The notes under the pieces are model-generated. The model was given only the letters and a program-made list of their open reading frames with translations. It was not told the DNA's origin and searched no databases. DNA of 64,000 bases, from the NCBI GenBank assembly GCA_020137815.1, contig CM035350.1:5332001-5396000 (forward strand), read 5' to 3'. The translations under genes were made by a program, and so were the position numbers. Positions within the stretch are counted from its first letter, which is position 1. Each line of letters opens with the position of its first letter. Below are positions 24,015-35,955 of the stretch, piece by piece. The stretch comes from Hormiphora californensis (Eukaryota; Animalia; Ctenophora).

Positions 24015-27000
24015 TCAATCAAGATCTACGTCACACATGGGGTTCCTAAAGACAAAGTCTCCATCATCATCATCATCATCATCATCAGCTTCTTCTATCT
24101 CACCAGAAACCCACGGGTCATTAGAATCATCCACCACCTCAATGGTCTTAGATCGATCCCTGTAAAACTCAGCTGGGGGACGATTCCGATTGAAGAACCC
24201 CACCTTGTAGAGGACAATGATAATGAGGGAGAGAACACATAGACCACCCGATATCGAACCTACAATGATCCAAAAACTAACAGGTCGGGAGATTTTCCAA
24301 TCTCCGATTATCCTCAGTGGTGCCGTCTCTGGGCCGGTCTCACTATCCAGGGTGATATCAGCACCTTCCATCACCTCAACCCAACTCCGAATACCCAGAT
24401 CACCCGTCATGGGCTGGGAAAATGCTCCCTCCCATAACCTGGATATCAACCTGAAACCGGTGGTACCACCCTTCGGTAAGCTCTCCAGGGTGACGGTAAT
24501 GTTCCGGCAGATCAGGTTACCCACTCCGCACTTGAAAACTCGGTTCGTGGGATCAGGACCAGGATCTGATCCCATCAGTGTCTGGTGGAGGGACCATGAT
24601 GATGGGGTAACCTGCTGCCTAGACCCATCACACCGACTGGGGATATTCAGAGTATTGAGAGCACTGGTATTAAAGGTAGCATTTGTGTTAGGAAATGGTT
24701 CGATCCTGTAAGGGTAAACAAGAAAATGATCTGAGTTGTTGAAGTGAGTTGGGATCTCCAGGATGACCTTAAGGCCACTTTTGTCGATGTAACCCGGGCC
24801 AAAGTTGGTGGGTGCCACCACAGTGTCCAACTCCTGTCCTATGTCAGGGGCACACCGGGGTATGGCAGGACGGTCGTCATCTTTTCGAACCTAGACCACG
24901 TGGGGATAATAGGGCTTGTCAGGAAACCATATAATACACTGTAAAATGATCAAGGAATCGGGATCATTGGATCGTTGTACATCACATCACATCATGCAGA
25001 ACGAGGAGAGAGAAACATTCTGTGGGCCAAGGACGTCCGTTTTATTGATGTAGCATGAATCAACGAAAAGTATTGATAACACGATGATATATGATTTCAT
25101 TATAGGAATTAGGAACCTGAAATCAGACAAGAATATCCAAACAACCCCCAACATCTCCAATATATCAGACAATAATCACTAAATACGTTGGACACGTCGT
25201 TGAACACATTGAACAAGAATAAACCTGGAAAGTGGTAGTAGGAGGTATGAAATAGGACGATAGCTCCAGTCTGACCAATCTACGGACCTGCACCTCATGT
25301 TTTACAAGGTTATTGTCTGGGTTCAGGTCTGTACTACCCTCCGTTATGAGCTCCAAGCGAACCTCAAACTCGGTTACCTCTTGCTAAAATTAGGGCGAAT
25401 GAGCTTGTTTTAGGAGAATGGTGGTATAAAACATGCTACAGAAACTATATATATCTTATTATGACAGAGTTGCATAACCACATGGAACAGAAATTTCAGA
25501 AATGTTAACATCTATTATTCTGTCTGGCGGCGCCAACCCGATCTGAGAATCAAAATGCGTGTACTGCTGAGATGAGTGGAGAATGAGTGGAAAATAATAT
25601 CAGTAGCAGGAACGATGAGCTACCGTAGAATAGCTCGACATTATACCCTGGCTACTGCTTATTTTAACCTATTCCTGGACTTCAGCTGTCCAAACATTGC
25701 CCCTCATCCAAGTCATATATCAGTTAGCAATCATATAGGAACCGACCGAATCAGGAAATACTGGTCACTGATTGGCTGATAACCAGTCACGTGACCTAAA
25801 TAACGAGTTCTGATTGGTTGTTTACTTAATTCGGTCGGTTAGCAATCATAGCTAGTTATATATTCTAGAAAGTTATCAATTAACATTCTCAGTGTTTTGC
25901 GGTTATACGCTGTTTTAGATCTCTGCAGCAAGCATTATGCAGCATTCACACTTCAACATCATCATATTGAATAAAACCTGTTCCTGCGACCTGAATATAT
26001 CTCTCCCTCTCTCTAAAATCTTCCGTTCTCTTTCTATCCCTTATATATCTCTCATCGGAGAATCGTGCGGATCTTGTGGTTTTCTCATTTGCATGCATCA
26101 TATATTCTGTCGGCAATGTAGAACTAAAACCAAAATTTTCAATTTATAAACTTCTCTAAGAAGGAGACCTCTAAGAAAGAGACTTCGTCAGAGGTCAGAG
26201 CAGTGACCTGATCCTATTATCGAGAACTTTGGTCAGAGCATTGGCCTGACAGAGGAGTATATATGGGAGGGGCAAGAATTAGGGGAAGAAAGATTTGTCC
26301 CTAAAATTACCTAGCAGTATCACTACAACGTTGGCTGATTCCCAAAACTATATATCGCTCTCGGGTATCAAAGACCCGAAAATTATATATCAAGTAAATA
26401 TTAGGCTGTCCAGTAAATATTTTTAATATCAAGTTGGTATGTGGGTTCTTGGCGGCGGTACGAGGCCGGACAGACGAATGACATGCGTGGGAGCTACTGT
26501 ATCATTCTCCGAGAAGGACATGTATATATAACTAATATAGAGACACCAAAATGGAGAAAGAGACACGAGGAGAGTGATAGACAGGGGCCGACAGAGTGAT
26601 ATATTATAGCCTAGATAATCAGATAGGTATGAGGTTTTATTTATTCGGTAGAAAGCCAGAGTAGATTTTCTATTCTAGGTTTATAGATTGTATTGCTCTA
26701 GACCCTGCAGGTTCACCAGAAAAGGGTTTGAACAAAAGAAGGGTTTGATTTGCCCCAATATAGCACTATAACCGCTACTCTTACATTCAATACCCCAATA
26801 TGTGACCAATACAATCTACATCACCCCCTCACTAATTGATCCTAACCTGTACTGCAGACACATAGAACTCAACGCTGAAGTTAAATGACTCAGTCCTGTT
26901 GTTATCCAGGGCGTTATCCAGGCCACAGTAGTAGCTGCCCTCCAGAAAGGAGGTACAGATGGACAACCTCGCCCCGTTATCATCACGAACCTAGACAGCA

Positions 27001-28979
27001 GGGGAGTTATAATAGTGGTATCTTGTTTACCCTGTAGGGGAATTGTTTTTTACTCTCAGCTTCTCCTAAAATAGCTGATGAAACTATACGATACTATATC
27101 GTAGTACATTAAGGTCTCCAATACACAATATATAATAGGTTTAGAGGAAAGAGGATCTTACCTGAGCAATATGTACTCGTGCGGGCATGGTAATAACAAT
27201 GTGGCTACCGAATGGCTTGCCTAGGGAGGTGTTCCGGGTGATGGTGTAGTTGGACCAGGTCAGTTGGGTGTATCCGGGGTATAGGACATCTTTCCGGGGT
27301 GCTGTACTGTCCTCACTGTCACTGCAGATATAGTTCAATAGATATTATTAGGGTATATCACTGCAGTTTGTTGTTTGTATTACTTGTAGGGAATGGGAAT
27401 GAATCTGGGGAAGGACTAAGAGCTGTTATAATAGCACGAAACCATGTAATCCTCAAAAGAATTAGTTGATGTATTCTGGCAAAGGAACAGATCTATTAAA
27501 TAGCCAATCGGCAATTACCTCTGGAACTGCATGCCAGAAGACTCAAACATCAGGTCTGTTTCACAGGTTGCATTGCCACACGATGTCTTTATCTTGACCT
27601 GCAGATGACATGGTGGTGAACACACAATCAACCAAATCAAAGGGCAGGTGAGTAGAACTTCGCTCCTAATAAAAGGCTGCAATAAAAGGCTGCATTAAAA
27701 GGCTGCAATAAAAGGCTGCATTAAAAGGCTGCATTAAAAGGCTGCAATAAAAGGCTACAATGGATCACGCATCCAATTAGACTAAAGCAGGAGATAGACC
27801 GAATCGTCCTCCCCTAATAGTGTTTCGTTTCACGTATCGGTCTCTACCATAAGCAGTAGAGAGACCGAATCACCCGCCCCTAATTATAGTGATTCGTGCC
27901 ATGTATCCAACTAAACCATAGGTGGTAGATAGACGGAGATAGAGAGTTAGAGAGGTGAGAGTGAGAGATGCGAATCATGGACGACTAATCAAGTATTGTA
28001 TCACGTTTCATGATATCCTCTAATTAATTAAATGAAAGGCGGTTACCTATAATTTGACCTAATCGGTGCCAATACGTGATTACTGATTTTTTTAACCGTT
28101 ATTCGCCAATAGTCTTTATGTACACAATTCAGTAGAGCGGAATAACACATAATACTATGATAGGTGAACCGAGTGGTTGGGTGGTTCACCTGTCATTGTG
28201 CTACACGCTCAATCAATAAATCTACCCTACCTCATTAGACCAAGACTCTCAGTAGTTACTGACTACCTCTACTGAATCGTGGATCGATACAGAAAGACTA
28301 ATGGAGAATACATAGCGGTAGAGAATCACGTATCAGGACCGATGAGGTCTCATTGTCAATTGGTAACCACTTTTCATTAGAGGATACCATGGTACGTGAT
28401 ACCATACCGTGATACCATACCGTCTCTCTATCGCCTATGGTCTAGTTGGATACGTGACACGAATCACTATAATTAGGGGAGCGTGTTTCGGTCTCTCTAC
28501 AGCCGATACGTGATACGAAACACTATTAGGGGAGGACGATTCGGTCTATCCCCCGCTTTAGTCTGGTTGGATACGTGATCCCTTGCAGCCTTTTATTGCA
28601 GCCTTTTATTGCAGCCTTTTATTGCAGCCTTTTTCTGCAGCCTTTTATTGCAGCCTTTTATTGCAGCCTTTTATTAGGAGCGAAGTTCTACTCACCTGCC
28701 AATCAAAGAAGGGTATATCTAGCAAAGTATATGTTCCACACACAGCTGTATACCTGTGAGGTGTCATGGGAGGATCTCGACTCGTTTAATGTTAGACGGC
28801 TCCTGAACTGTCCCGATGGTACGACCGATATCTCTGATTTTATCACAATCAACTGTTGTATACTCTTTATCGCTTTCTGTTATAGTGGTGTCAAATAGTA
28901 GTGATATTATCTAACGGTGTTGAATAGAACTGTCGTTACTAAGCTTGCTTGTTTCTGACAATCGATAGTAATTGTTAAA

Positions 28980-29012
<33 letters not shown>

Positions 29013-32000
29013 TGTTTCCTGCTCTTACCGCTAAGTAGACCATGGTCTGGCCACAATACTCTTTAGACTTTCCATACTCAAACCCGGCTATTTCCTCTCT
29101 TGTCGTGAAATTTCCATCTTCAAACTTTGCCCTCTTTGCAAAGAAGCTGTACTCTACGTCCAGAGAGTGATTGACAGCCATACTGAAATCACAACTAGAA
29201 CTTATAATTTCTAGATTTTTGCTTTTCGTTCTTGTTGTGTGTTCACTGTTTATCTCCCTAACAGTCAGCCTTGCCAGGACTCGATTATGCTATAGTGATG
29301 TGAATCTTAGAACTTTTTATAGCAAAGACAAGTATTGAGAGACCGAGGAAGAGTCAATAGTCATGGGGGATTGATGTGTCTTGCTCCACCACCATGGTGG
29401 CTTGTCAGACTTGTTTTCATGCTCCTATCTTTAAAAATGTATTTTTAAGATGCCAAAAACGTGTTTTCAGTTCATTTTTCAAACAACTGTAGCAAAAATA
29501 TGAATTCGACTTGAGAGCTCAAATTGCATATTTGAGGTCTCCCTGGCATGGCCTACAACCCTACGGTGAGAGATTTCCCTGCACTCGACAAAAAATTTCG
29601 GTCTGCGTCTGTCAGAGCATTGGCCTGACCCATTCTCGCTTCTCTGCACGCGGAGCGCGCGAGAACTGTGGTCAGAGCATTGGCCTGACAGGTCTGCGTA
29701 CCCTTAAGAGGTTGTCATTTATATTGATATATTGATAGATAATACATATTGATAGAAACTGATTACTAATCTGTCAGGCCAATGCTCTGACCACAGAGAA
29801 ACGAGAATGGGGGCCAATGCTCTGACAGTTACTAATTGAACTTTAAATATCAAGGTTCGGTAAATTCGACACTGTACCTGAATGACGTATCAGCTAGAGC
29901 GGGTGCAAAGTTCTCCGGTTTGTATGTGAGGCAATATGAAAGTGGGAAACATGCCACATCCACATCCACACAGGTATCATTCTTATCTACCAGAGATACT
30001 GCTGAGTTGTTTACTCTCACATTAACTATCGGCAGTGATCTGATAGAGAGATGGTATTATATATATTTTACAAATTAAAACAAGTCGGTTTTACCTCTCT
30101 CGTCCTGAATAGACAATCAACATGGTATTTATATTTTAGGGAGATCCTTCACATTCTGCAGTGAATATATAAATCCAATTCGGCAGAAAGTTTTAGGACA
30201 TGATGTGTAAATTTTCGCCCCATTCCCCATTTTTTATGGAGATTATTCACGTGGAAAATTACTTTGGTTGTGTGCATGTGGAGGGTTGTCACCTCTAAAA
30301 TTAGAGAGGGGAGGAGGAATTTCACATGTTGCCAACCTGCCCTGCCCATCTCGCCCGCGACTACTGAAGTGACCCTGAACCGCACTAAGTAATCATGGTA
30401 ATGACCGTTGCCATAACAACGTGACCCAAAACATACTCAACCTGAATCCCAGCCGAAACAACACCTTCATTTGAATATATTAAAGTTACGGATCAAGGAT
30501 GTAGCATACTGATCCTAGAACGGCCCTGAATAATAATTGGTACCTGAACAAAAAGGCAACGTCTGAGTAGGGGGCTCCAACGACAAAATCTGGCGAGTTA
30601 GTGTTGTCAAAATCGGCTCCCCCACTGACACTCAGCCCGAACCCAAACACAGGCTTGCTGAGAGGTAGGTCCATGGAAAGTGGGGACAGAACCTGGGCGG
30701 GACGGGGTACATCGATGATGGAGTACCTCCTCCGACTTCCCATGTAAATGTATACTTTCCCAGCGTCTGGGGATAGATCAGCCGGGGCACCAATTGCAAT
30801 GTCGTCCAGTCCGTCTTTGTTAAGGTCCCCCACCACAGTTATTGTAGCACCAAACCTGTCACCTGAATACCAATTATGGGTCATATCTGGTGCAAAGTTA
30901 TAAGATCAAAGGTTCTTGTTGCCTTTACTTTTAGGAAAAGACCATACAACTCGAGGAACGTGTGGGACGTTACTCTATAATAGTGGGCCATTATTCCAGT
31001 CAGGGCTTGGGCACGTCGCGCTATACCCTGTTATACGTGGCTGAGTTTTAATATTTACCTGAATTTTCGCCGTATAGAAAGTAGCGTGGAAAGGTGCCCT
31101 TATTATTATCGACATGGTTCACCTCGTACATTGCAACCCTGCCCTTACTCCATTCTCCCGTATTCCTGTTGTCATACCAGTGGGGTGAGCCAACAAATAC
31201 CTGGGAATCGAGAGTGTGTGGGTGATCCTGCCAGGCGGAGTTAGACAGGGGTGAGCCCTGTGATTAGACTCGAAATATATTCCTATTTGCAATATAAAAG
31301 CGATTCTTCTGAAAGGTTTTAAAATATATTAGGATAGAAATGAAACCACACCACGCTCACCTGGTTCTTGTTGGGCGTGGTAGCCCCACACGCCACAGCT
31401 GCACCAGCGTACCCTCCAAGATCATATGTTCCCCTGTAGTTGGCCAGGACATAGGGGCCCAGCACAAGGGTGGAGTTGTCCCTCCACTTTAGGTAATCCA
31501 CCCTTCCCTTGGCGAAGTTGGCCCGAGGAGCACCAACAAACAGAAAGGTCTGCTTTGTGGACTTATCATAACATGATGCCTGGCTGTATCCAAAGTAGTC
31601 TAGGGCGCTAAAGTACAATGGTGCCCCTATAAACGGTCGACCCGAGGGGGATTCAATGTTCGACTTGGTGTGGGTGTCGTAGATGATCGCCCGACCTGTC
31701 CATGATCCGAACCCTGCTCCACCTACGGTGATGTGATCTTGGCCCGTGTAAGAGGAGCTTATACCTGCACTGCACCTGTGGGTAGATTAAGATGCTAATA
31801 TATGCGGTGGTGTTCGTTCTAGACGAGAAGAGAGGGTCAAGACAGAGCATAAGGAAGTGTTCAAGAGTAATTGGGTTTACTTAGTACATTGAAGGGCATT
31901 GTATCAAGAGGAATTACTTCCTAGTTAGATACACACTCCATTATACCTGTCAGTGTCTGTTTGTTTGGTAAGATCCGTTTCCCCGGGGTTTTGTGTCACC

Positions 32001-32737
32001 TCCCTACACAGGTTAGGAAGGAGTTCCACGGTCCCAGTAGATGCGGATATCCTCCAACATCGCCCAAACAGACCCTCCTTGAACTCCTTGGGGATGAGGT
32101 TCTTTTGACGCCACGTGTACCTAGGCAGTTGTGTGTTTGTTATGTTCTAATTGTCTAACAAGTTCTAACACGGAGAGGGAGGATAAGCGGTAACTCATCC
32201 AGTTCTTGGCTAAATTGCATGATCTTGGGCTTGTTGGAAGGAGAGCATTGAGTTCTTTCCAAAGAGTTCAAGAAAATTGGCATTTGGCGAAAAATGCGCG
32301 AAGTTATGGCTCAAAATAAACGTTATTTACACATTTTCCAATGTGTTTTGTACGTACTTGTGAGCGCAGACCACTGCATCAGAAGTGTCCCTGTCAGTGG
32401 ATATTGTTGATCCACACCATTGACCCTCCTTCACCTCCCCCTTCTTCAACACGCCATCCTTCTCTAACGCCACCTGAACACACCGCTCCTCAGTACAATT
32501 GTACACCGCACCCCAACCCACCCCAACTTTACCTCCGGGCAGGGTCGCATTGGCCTTGGGGGCACCCACCAGAACCCAATTGGCCCCCTCTCTACCCCGC
32601 TGGATAGCCGCGGAATACCCAAAATACTCCTCTCCACCTGTGTTGGGATCAGGGGGCTGCAGGAGAATAGGGTCAATGGTGTCCACATTGTAGGATGTAG
32701 CACCGGGGACAAGCAATACAAACAACAAAAGCAACAT
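24015..32737 (-). CDS. Integrin alpha subunit (multi-exon)
   Basis: Signal peptide then YNVDT; FG-GAP repeats (YFGYS..VLVGAPK, YFGYS..FVGAPR, RFGATI..GDLNKDGLDDIAIGAP, GFGLSVSGGADFD..DFVVGAP); TM helix followed by KVGFFNR; acidic tail. First exon 32737-32358, last exon ~24891-24015; internal boundaries only partly resolved. Confidence 0.95.
25736..25840. mobile_element. hAT-type MITE (~105 bp) in an integrin intron
   Basis: Nearly identical to 62907-63015 (GGAACCGACCGAATCAGGAAATAC...TTCGGTCGGTT); right end clipped. Confidence 0.8.
27643..28700. mobile_element. Non-autonomous DNA transposon with 8-bp TSD and GG termini (Merlin-like) in an integrin intron
   Basis: TSD AATCAAAG (27635-27642, 28701-28708); TIR GGCAGGTGAGTAGAACTTCGCTCCTAAT followed by 13-bp AAAAGGCTGCAAT tandem arrays; imperfect arms ~280 bp. 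Confidence 0.8.
29414..29703. mobile_element. Solo right-end fragment of the Kolobok-like family at 7771-9162
   Basis: Matches ~8964-9162 and ends GCGTACCC-TTAA; carries an 83-bp insertion in the TIR. Confidence 0.88.
29609..29691. mobile_element. Unclassified 83-bp element with 8-bp TSD
   Basis: CTGTCAG...CTGACAG termini; TSD GTCTGCGT (29601-29608, 29692-29699). Confidence 0.8.
29771..29828. mobile_element. Second, 58-bp, inverted copy of the same micro-element
   Basis: CTGTCAG...CTGACAG termini; TSD TTACTAAT (29763-29770, 29829-29836). Confidence 0.8.
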
Positions 32738-32984
32738 ATTGTCGACTCAACATATCGAGTAACCCGAGAGCTTAGGCGTGTATAAGCTTGCCTTATCAAC
32801 CCTCTCACACTTCAGGGGTAGGTACAGTTGGATATATTGGCAGTTCCAATACATGGTGGGCTAGTTCCAGTTTACAGCGGGCAACCTGTTTGAGAGCTGT
32901 CAGCTGTAGAGGGTTGGTTTGTCTGTCGACATCATTCCAGAGTTTCGATTCTGTGACAAAAATGGAATTGGTTTTCCGACGTCA

Positions 32985-33120
32985 CCCTACTAAAATATAG
33001 TTCGACGCGACGCGCGATCGATGAACGATCGATAAACGATCGATAAACGATCGATATCGATCGTTTATCGATCGTTCATCGATCACGCGTCGCGACACGT
33101 CGAACTATATTTTAGTAGGG
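32985..33120. mobile_element. Palindromic CMC/EnSpm-like MITE
   Basis: CCCTACTAAAATATAGTTCGAC...GTCGAACTATATTTTAGTAGGG; 2-bp TSD CA; internal ACGATCGATAA repeats. Confidence 0.8.
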
Positions 33121-33624
33121 CACTCGTGACGTCATTTACTTATCACAAAAAGCCACCTCCCTTTCCTCGACATGGGGTGGAAATTCCACTGGAATGAAAT
33201 CGAAAACTCAATCTGGCTTTTTCCGGGCGGGTTTCCAATGTGATTTGTAACTTGAGAGCGAGTAACAGGAAGACTTCATTTTGAGAAAGGTTCTACAGCA
33301 GCGTTACAGTTGATGCTCCCCCTCTATCACGATCACTCTATCTTCTCTATCTTCTCTCTCTCTCTCTCTGTATAGGCCTCTATTCACTCTCGGAGTGGTC
33401 GGATGAATATTGAAACCCAATACTCCCATTTTCATTTTCTTTGAGAGTTGTTTCATTTCGTAGATCCATCACCAGAAGGGTGCAAACCAGCTTTTTTGAG
33501 TAAGATTACTCTCCACCCCTTACTCAAAGTCAACAAGTTTAGGTGGGGTTTTGGCGCATAAAGTATTTTATGAAGGAGCACTGTTGCTTACCAACGCACT
33601 AAACCACCGACTGAATTTGTAGCT

Positions 33625-34716
33625 ATGACTTGGTTGGAGGACAAGATTGCTGGTTCCACAGTGTTGATAGTGGCTGAGAAACACTGCAGTGATGTCGATG
33701 CTGCCAAGGATTTCTGCTTGAAAGCAGGTGAGAAATTGTAACGAATTAGAACAACTATGGTTTTGGGCAAATGCCAGTAAGCCAGTTGTTGGCAAATCTC
33801 TTTTAGGATTTACGGAGGGGGAGATTGTTTTCGAGTTGGTGGAACCAGTAGCCATGGAGGAAGCCCAGACGCTGGCCAAAATCAAGGCATGTCCGATTGT
33901 CTGGGTTCGAGAAAACGTAAGTATAGTGGACACTAAAAAATAGTCCCTTTAGGTGTGTCAGCAATGGTCAATGGCTGATTCTACAACCCAACCTATCCCC
34001 GACAGCTGGTGGGTGATATTAATGCAGTGAGGCAGTCCTGGTTTGAGGGAACCCTACCAAAGGCCAAGTATGATATGATTCTTGCTGCAGCTGCTAAGGA
34101 TATGGTAGCACATACCTCCCAGTCCAATACTCTGGTCGTGTTTTCTAAGATAACATGCCCTCCCTGCACAGAGGTCAAGGTAAGAAGCGTACCAATGGCC
34201 CAAATGTAAATTGGCCACAGTAAACCTGTTACCCATTCACTTATCTCAGAAAATGTGTGACTTCTTGTTGGAGATTGGAGAAGAATAGAAGATAGTACCC
34301 GAATTCTTTGCCCCCCTCCTGGGTCCCAATAGTACATAATACATATATTGTGCCCTAAGTTCCTTGCCCCTCCAGATAATGTTTGAGGATGCTGGTTTCA
34401 CGAAGGACCAGACAAACATTGTAACCATCAGTAACTGGCCAACCATGGAGCACATCCAGGATCGGTGTAGAGAGGTTACCGGAGACAGGGGCACTCCTAG
34501 AATCTGGATCGATGGAAAGGTAGTATACTTAGTTATAGTGGGGTAATAGGTCAGGGAACCCGGAATAGAGATGAATGAATAGAGATGAAGCATTTGACAT
34601 GTGTTTTCCTTCAGATTATGGGTGGATTCAAGGAGATCAAGCCAATGTTTGAAGATGAAAGCCTACACGAGTTAGCTGAGAGCCTGGCAGGAAAGAGTGG
34701 TCCTATCTCTAAATAG
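33625..34716 (+). CDS. Two-domain glutaredoxin-like protein, copy A (~210 aa)
   Basis: Exons 33625-33727, 33807-33916, 34006-34179, 34376-34519, 34615-34716 (633 nt, GT-AG, in frame). Domain 2 has VVFSKITCPPC, TPRIWIDGK and MGG. Domain 1 has VLIVAEKHCSDV, CPIVWVREN and LVGD. Confidence 0.9.
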
Positions 34717-35049
34717 GGAATTGTAGTGAATAATTATTGAGAGAGTCCTCCTGAATGTTTTCGGAGTATTTTCAATGAATTTTAAATTGTTAGTTCATAT
34801 CAAAGATTGGATGTCTTTTCTACTCTCATAATATCTCTCTCTTTTCATTCGAGACGTGGCTATTGTAATATGATTGAACATTGAAACTCAATACTCACAT
34901 TTTCTTATTTTTCTTTGTTTGAGATCATGAGACTTGTTTCGTTTCGCTAATACATCACCTGGGTATCTAATATGAACTACAATTATTCTGTTACCTATAT
35001 CCCAGAAGAAAATGATCAATGTTGTATTTATGAGATAAAACTTGATATC

Positions 35050-35190
35050 CCCTACTAAAATATAGTTCGACGCGACGCGACGCGCGATCGATGAACGATC
35101 GATAAACGATCGATAAACGATCGATATCGATCGTTTATCGATCGTTCATCGATCACGCGTCGCGACACGTCGAACTATATTTTAGTAGGG
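35050..35190. mobile_element. Second copy of the CMC/EnSpm-like palindromic MITE
   Basis: Near-identical to 32985-33120; 2-bp TSD TC. Confidence 0.8.
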
Positions 35191-35955
35191 TCTGTATGCG
35201 GATTTTGTAGCTATGACTTGGTTGGAGGACAAAATTGCAAGTTCTACAGTGTTGATACTGGCTGAGAAACACTGTAGTGATGTCGATGCTGTCAAGGAAT
35301 TCTGCTTGAAAGCAGGTGATCAGAAAGTAGATACATATTCCGATTTTTTACCCGGATGCCATCCAGATTTGCAAAATAGGGTTCGCAATACGGATAAGTC
35401 TGTAGCATGACGCTTCAAATCTCCCAGGATTTACAGAGAGCGAGATTGTATTCGAGTTGGTGGAACCAGTATGATTTGATTTTTTGATTTGAAAAGATAT
35501 CATATAAACGTACAAATTGCACATTAAATAAATACCCGACTGACTCTTACTAATAGTTTAGCAGCCTAAGGCGCGAGTGCTTACGTCTTAATAAACTCAT
35601 TTAAAAATATTTTAAAAAAGTAGCTATAAGGCTAAAACACACTCTTATACTAGTTGTAAGCTAAATTTATTTCACTCATTAATAATAACAATTATACTTA
35701 ATACTTACCCTTGATTCCCAATCCCCTACCTCCCTCCCCCATGAACCATACCCCGAATTTAACGTCATGTCGACTGTTGGGTAGATGTTAAGATCAGTTA
35801 TAATTCACATCTGTGGTGCGGGTCCACCATCTTGTTTCAAACTGTTCAACACCACTCCAAACCTTCAATTTGAGTACAATGTAAGCTATGTGCGGAAGAA
35901 GGACAGTTACTGTAAAGATAAAAGTAGAGAAAGGGGCCCACACCACAGCAGCGAA

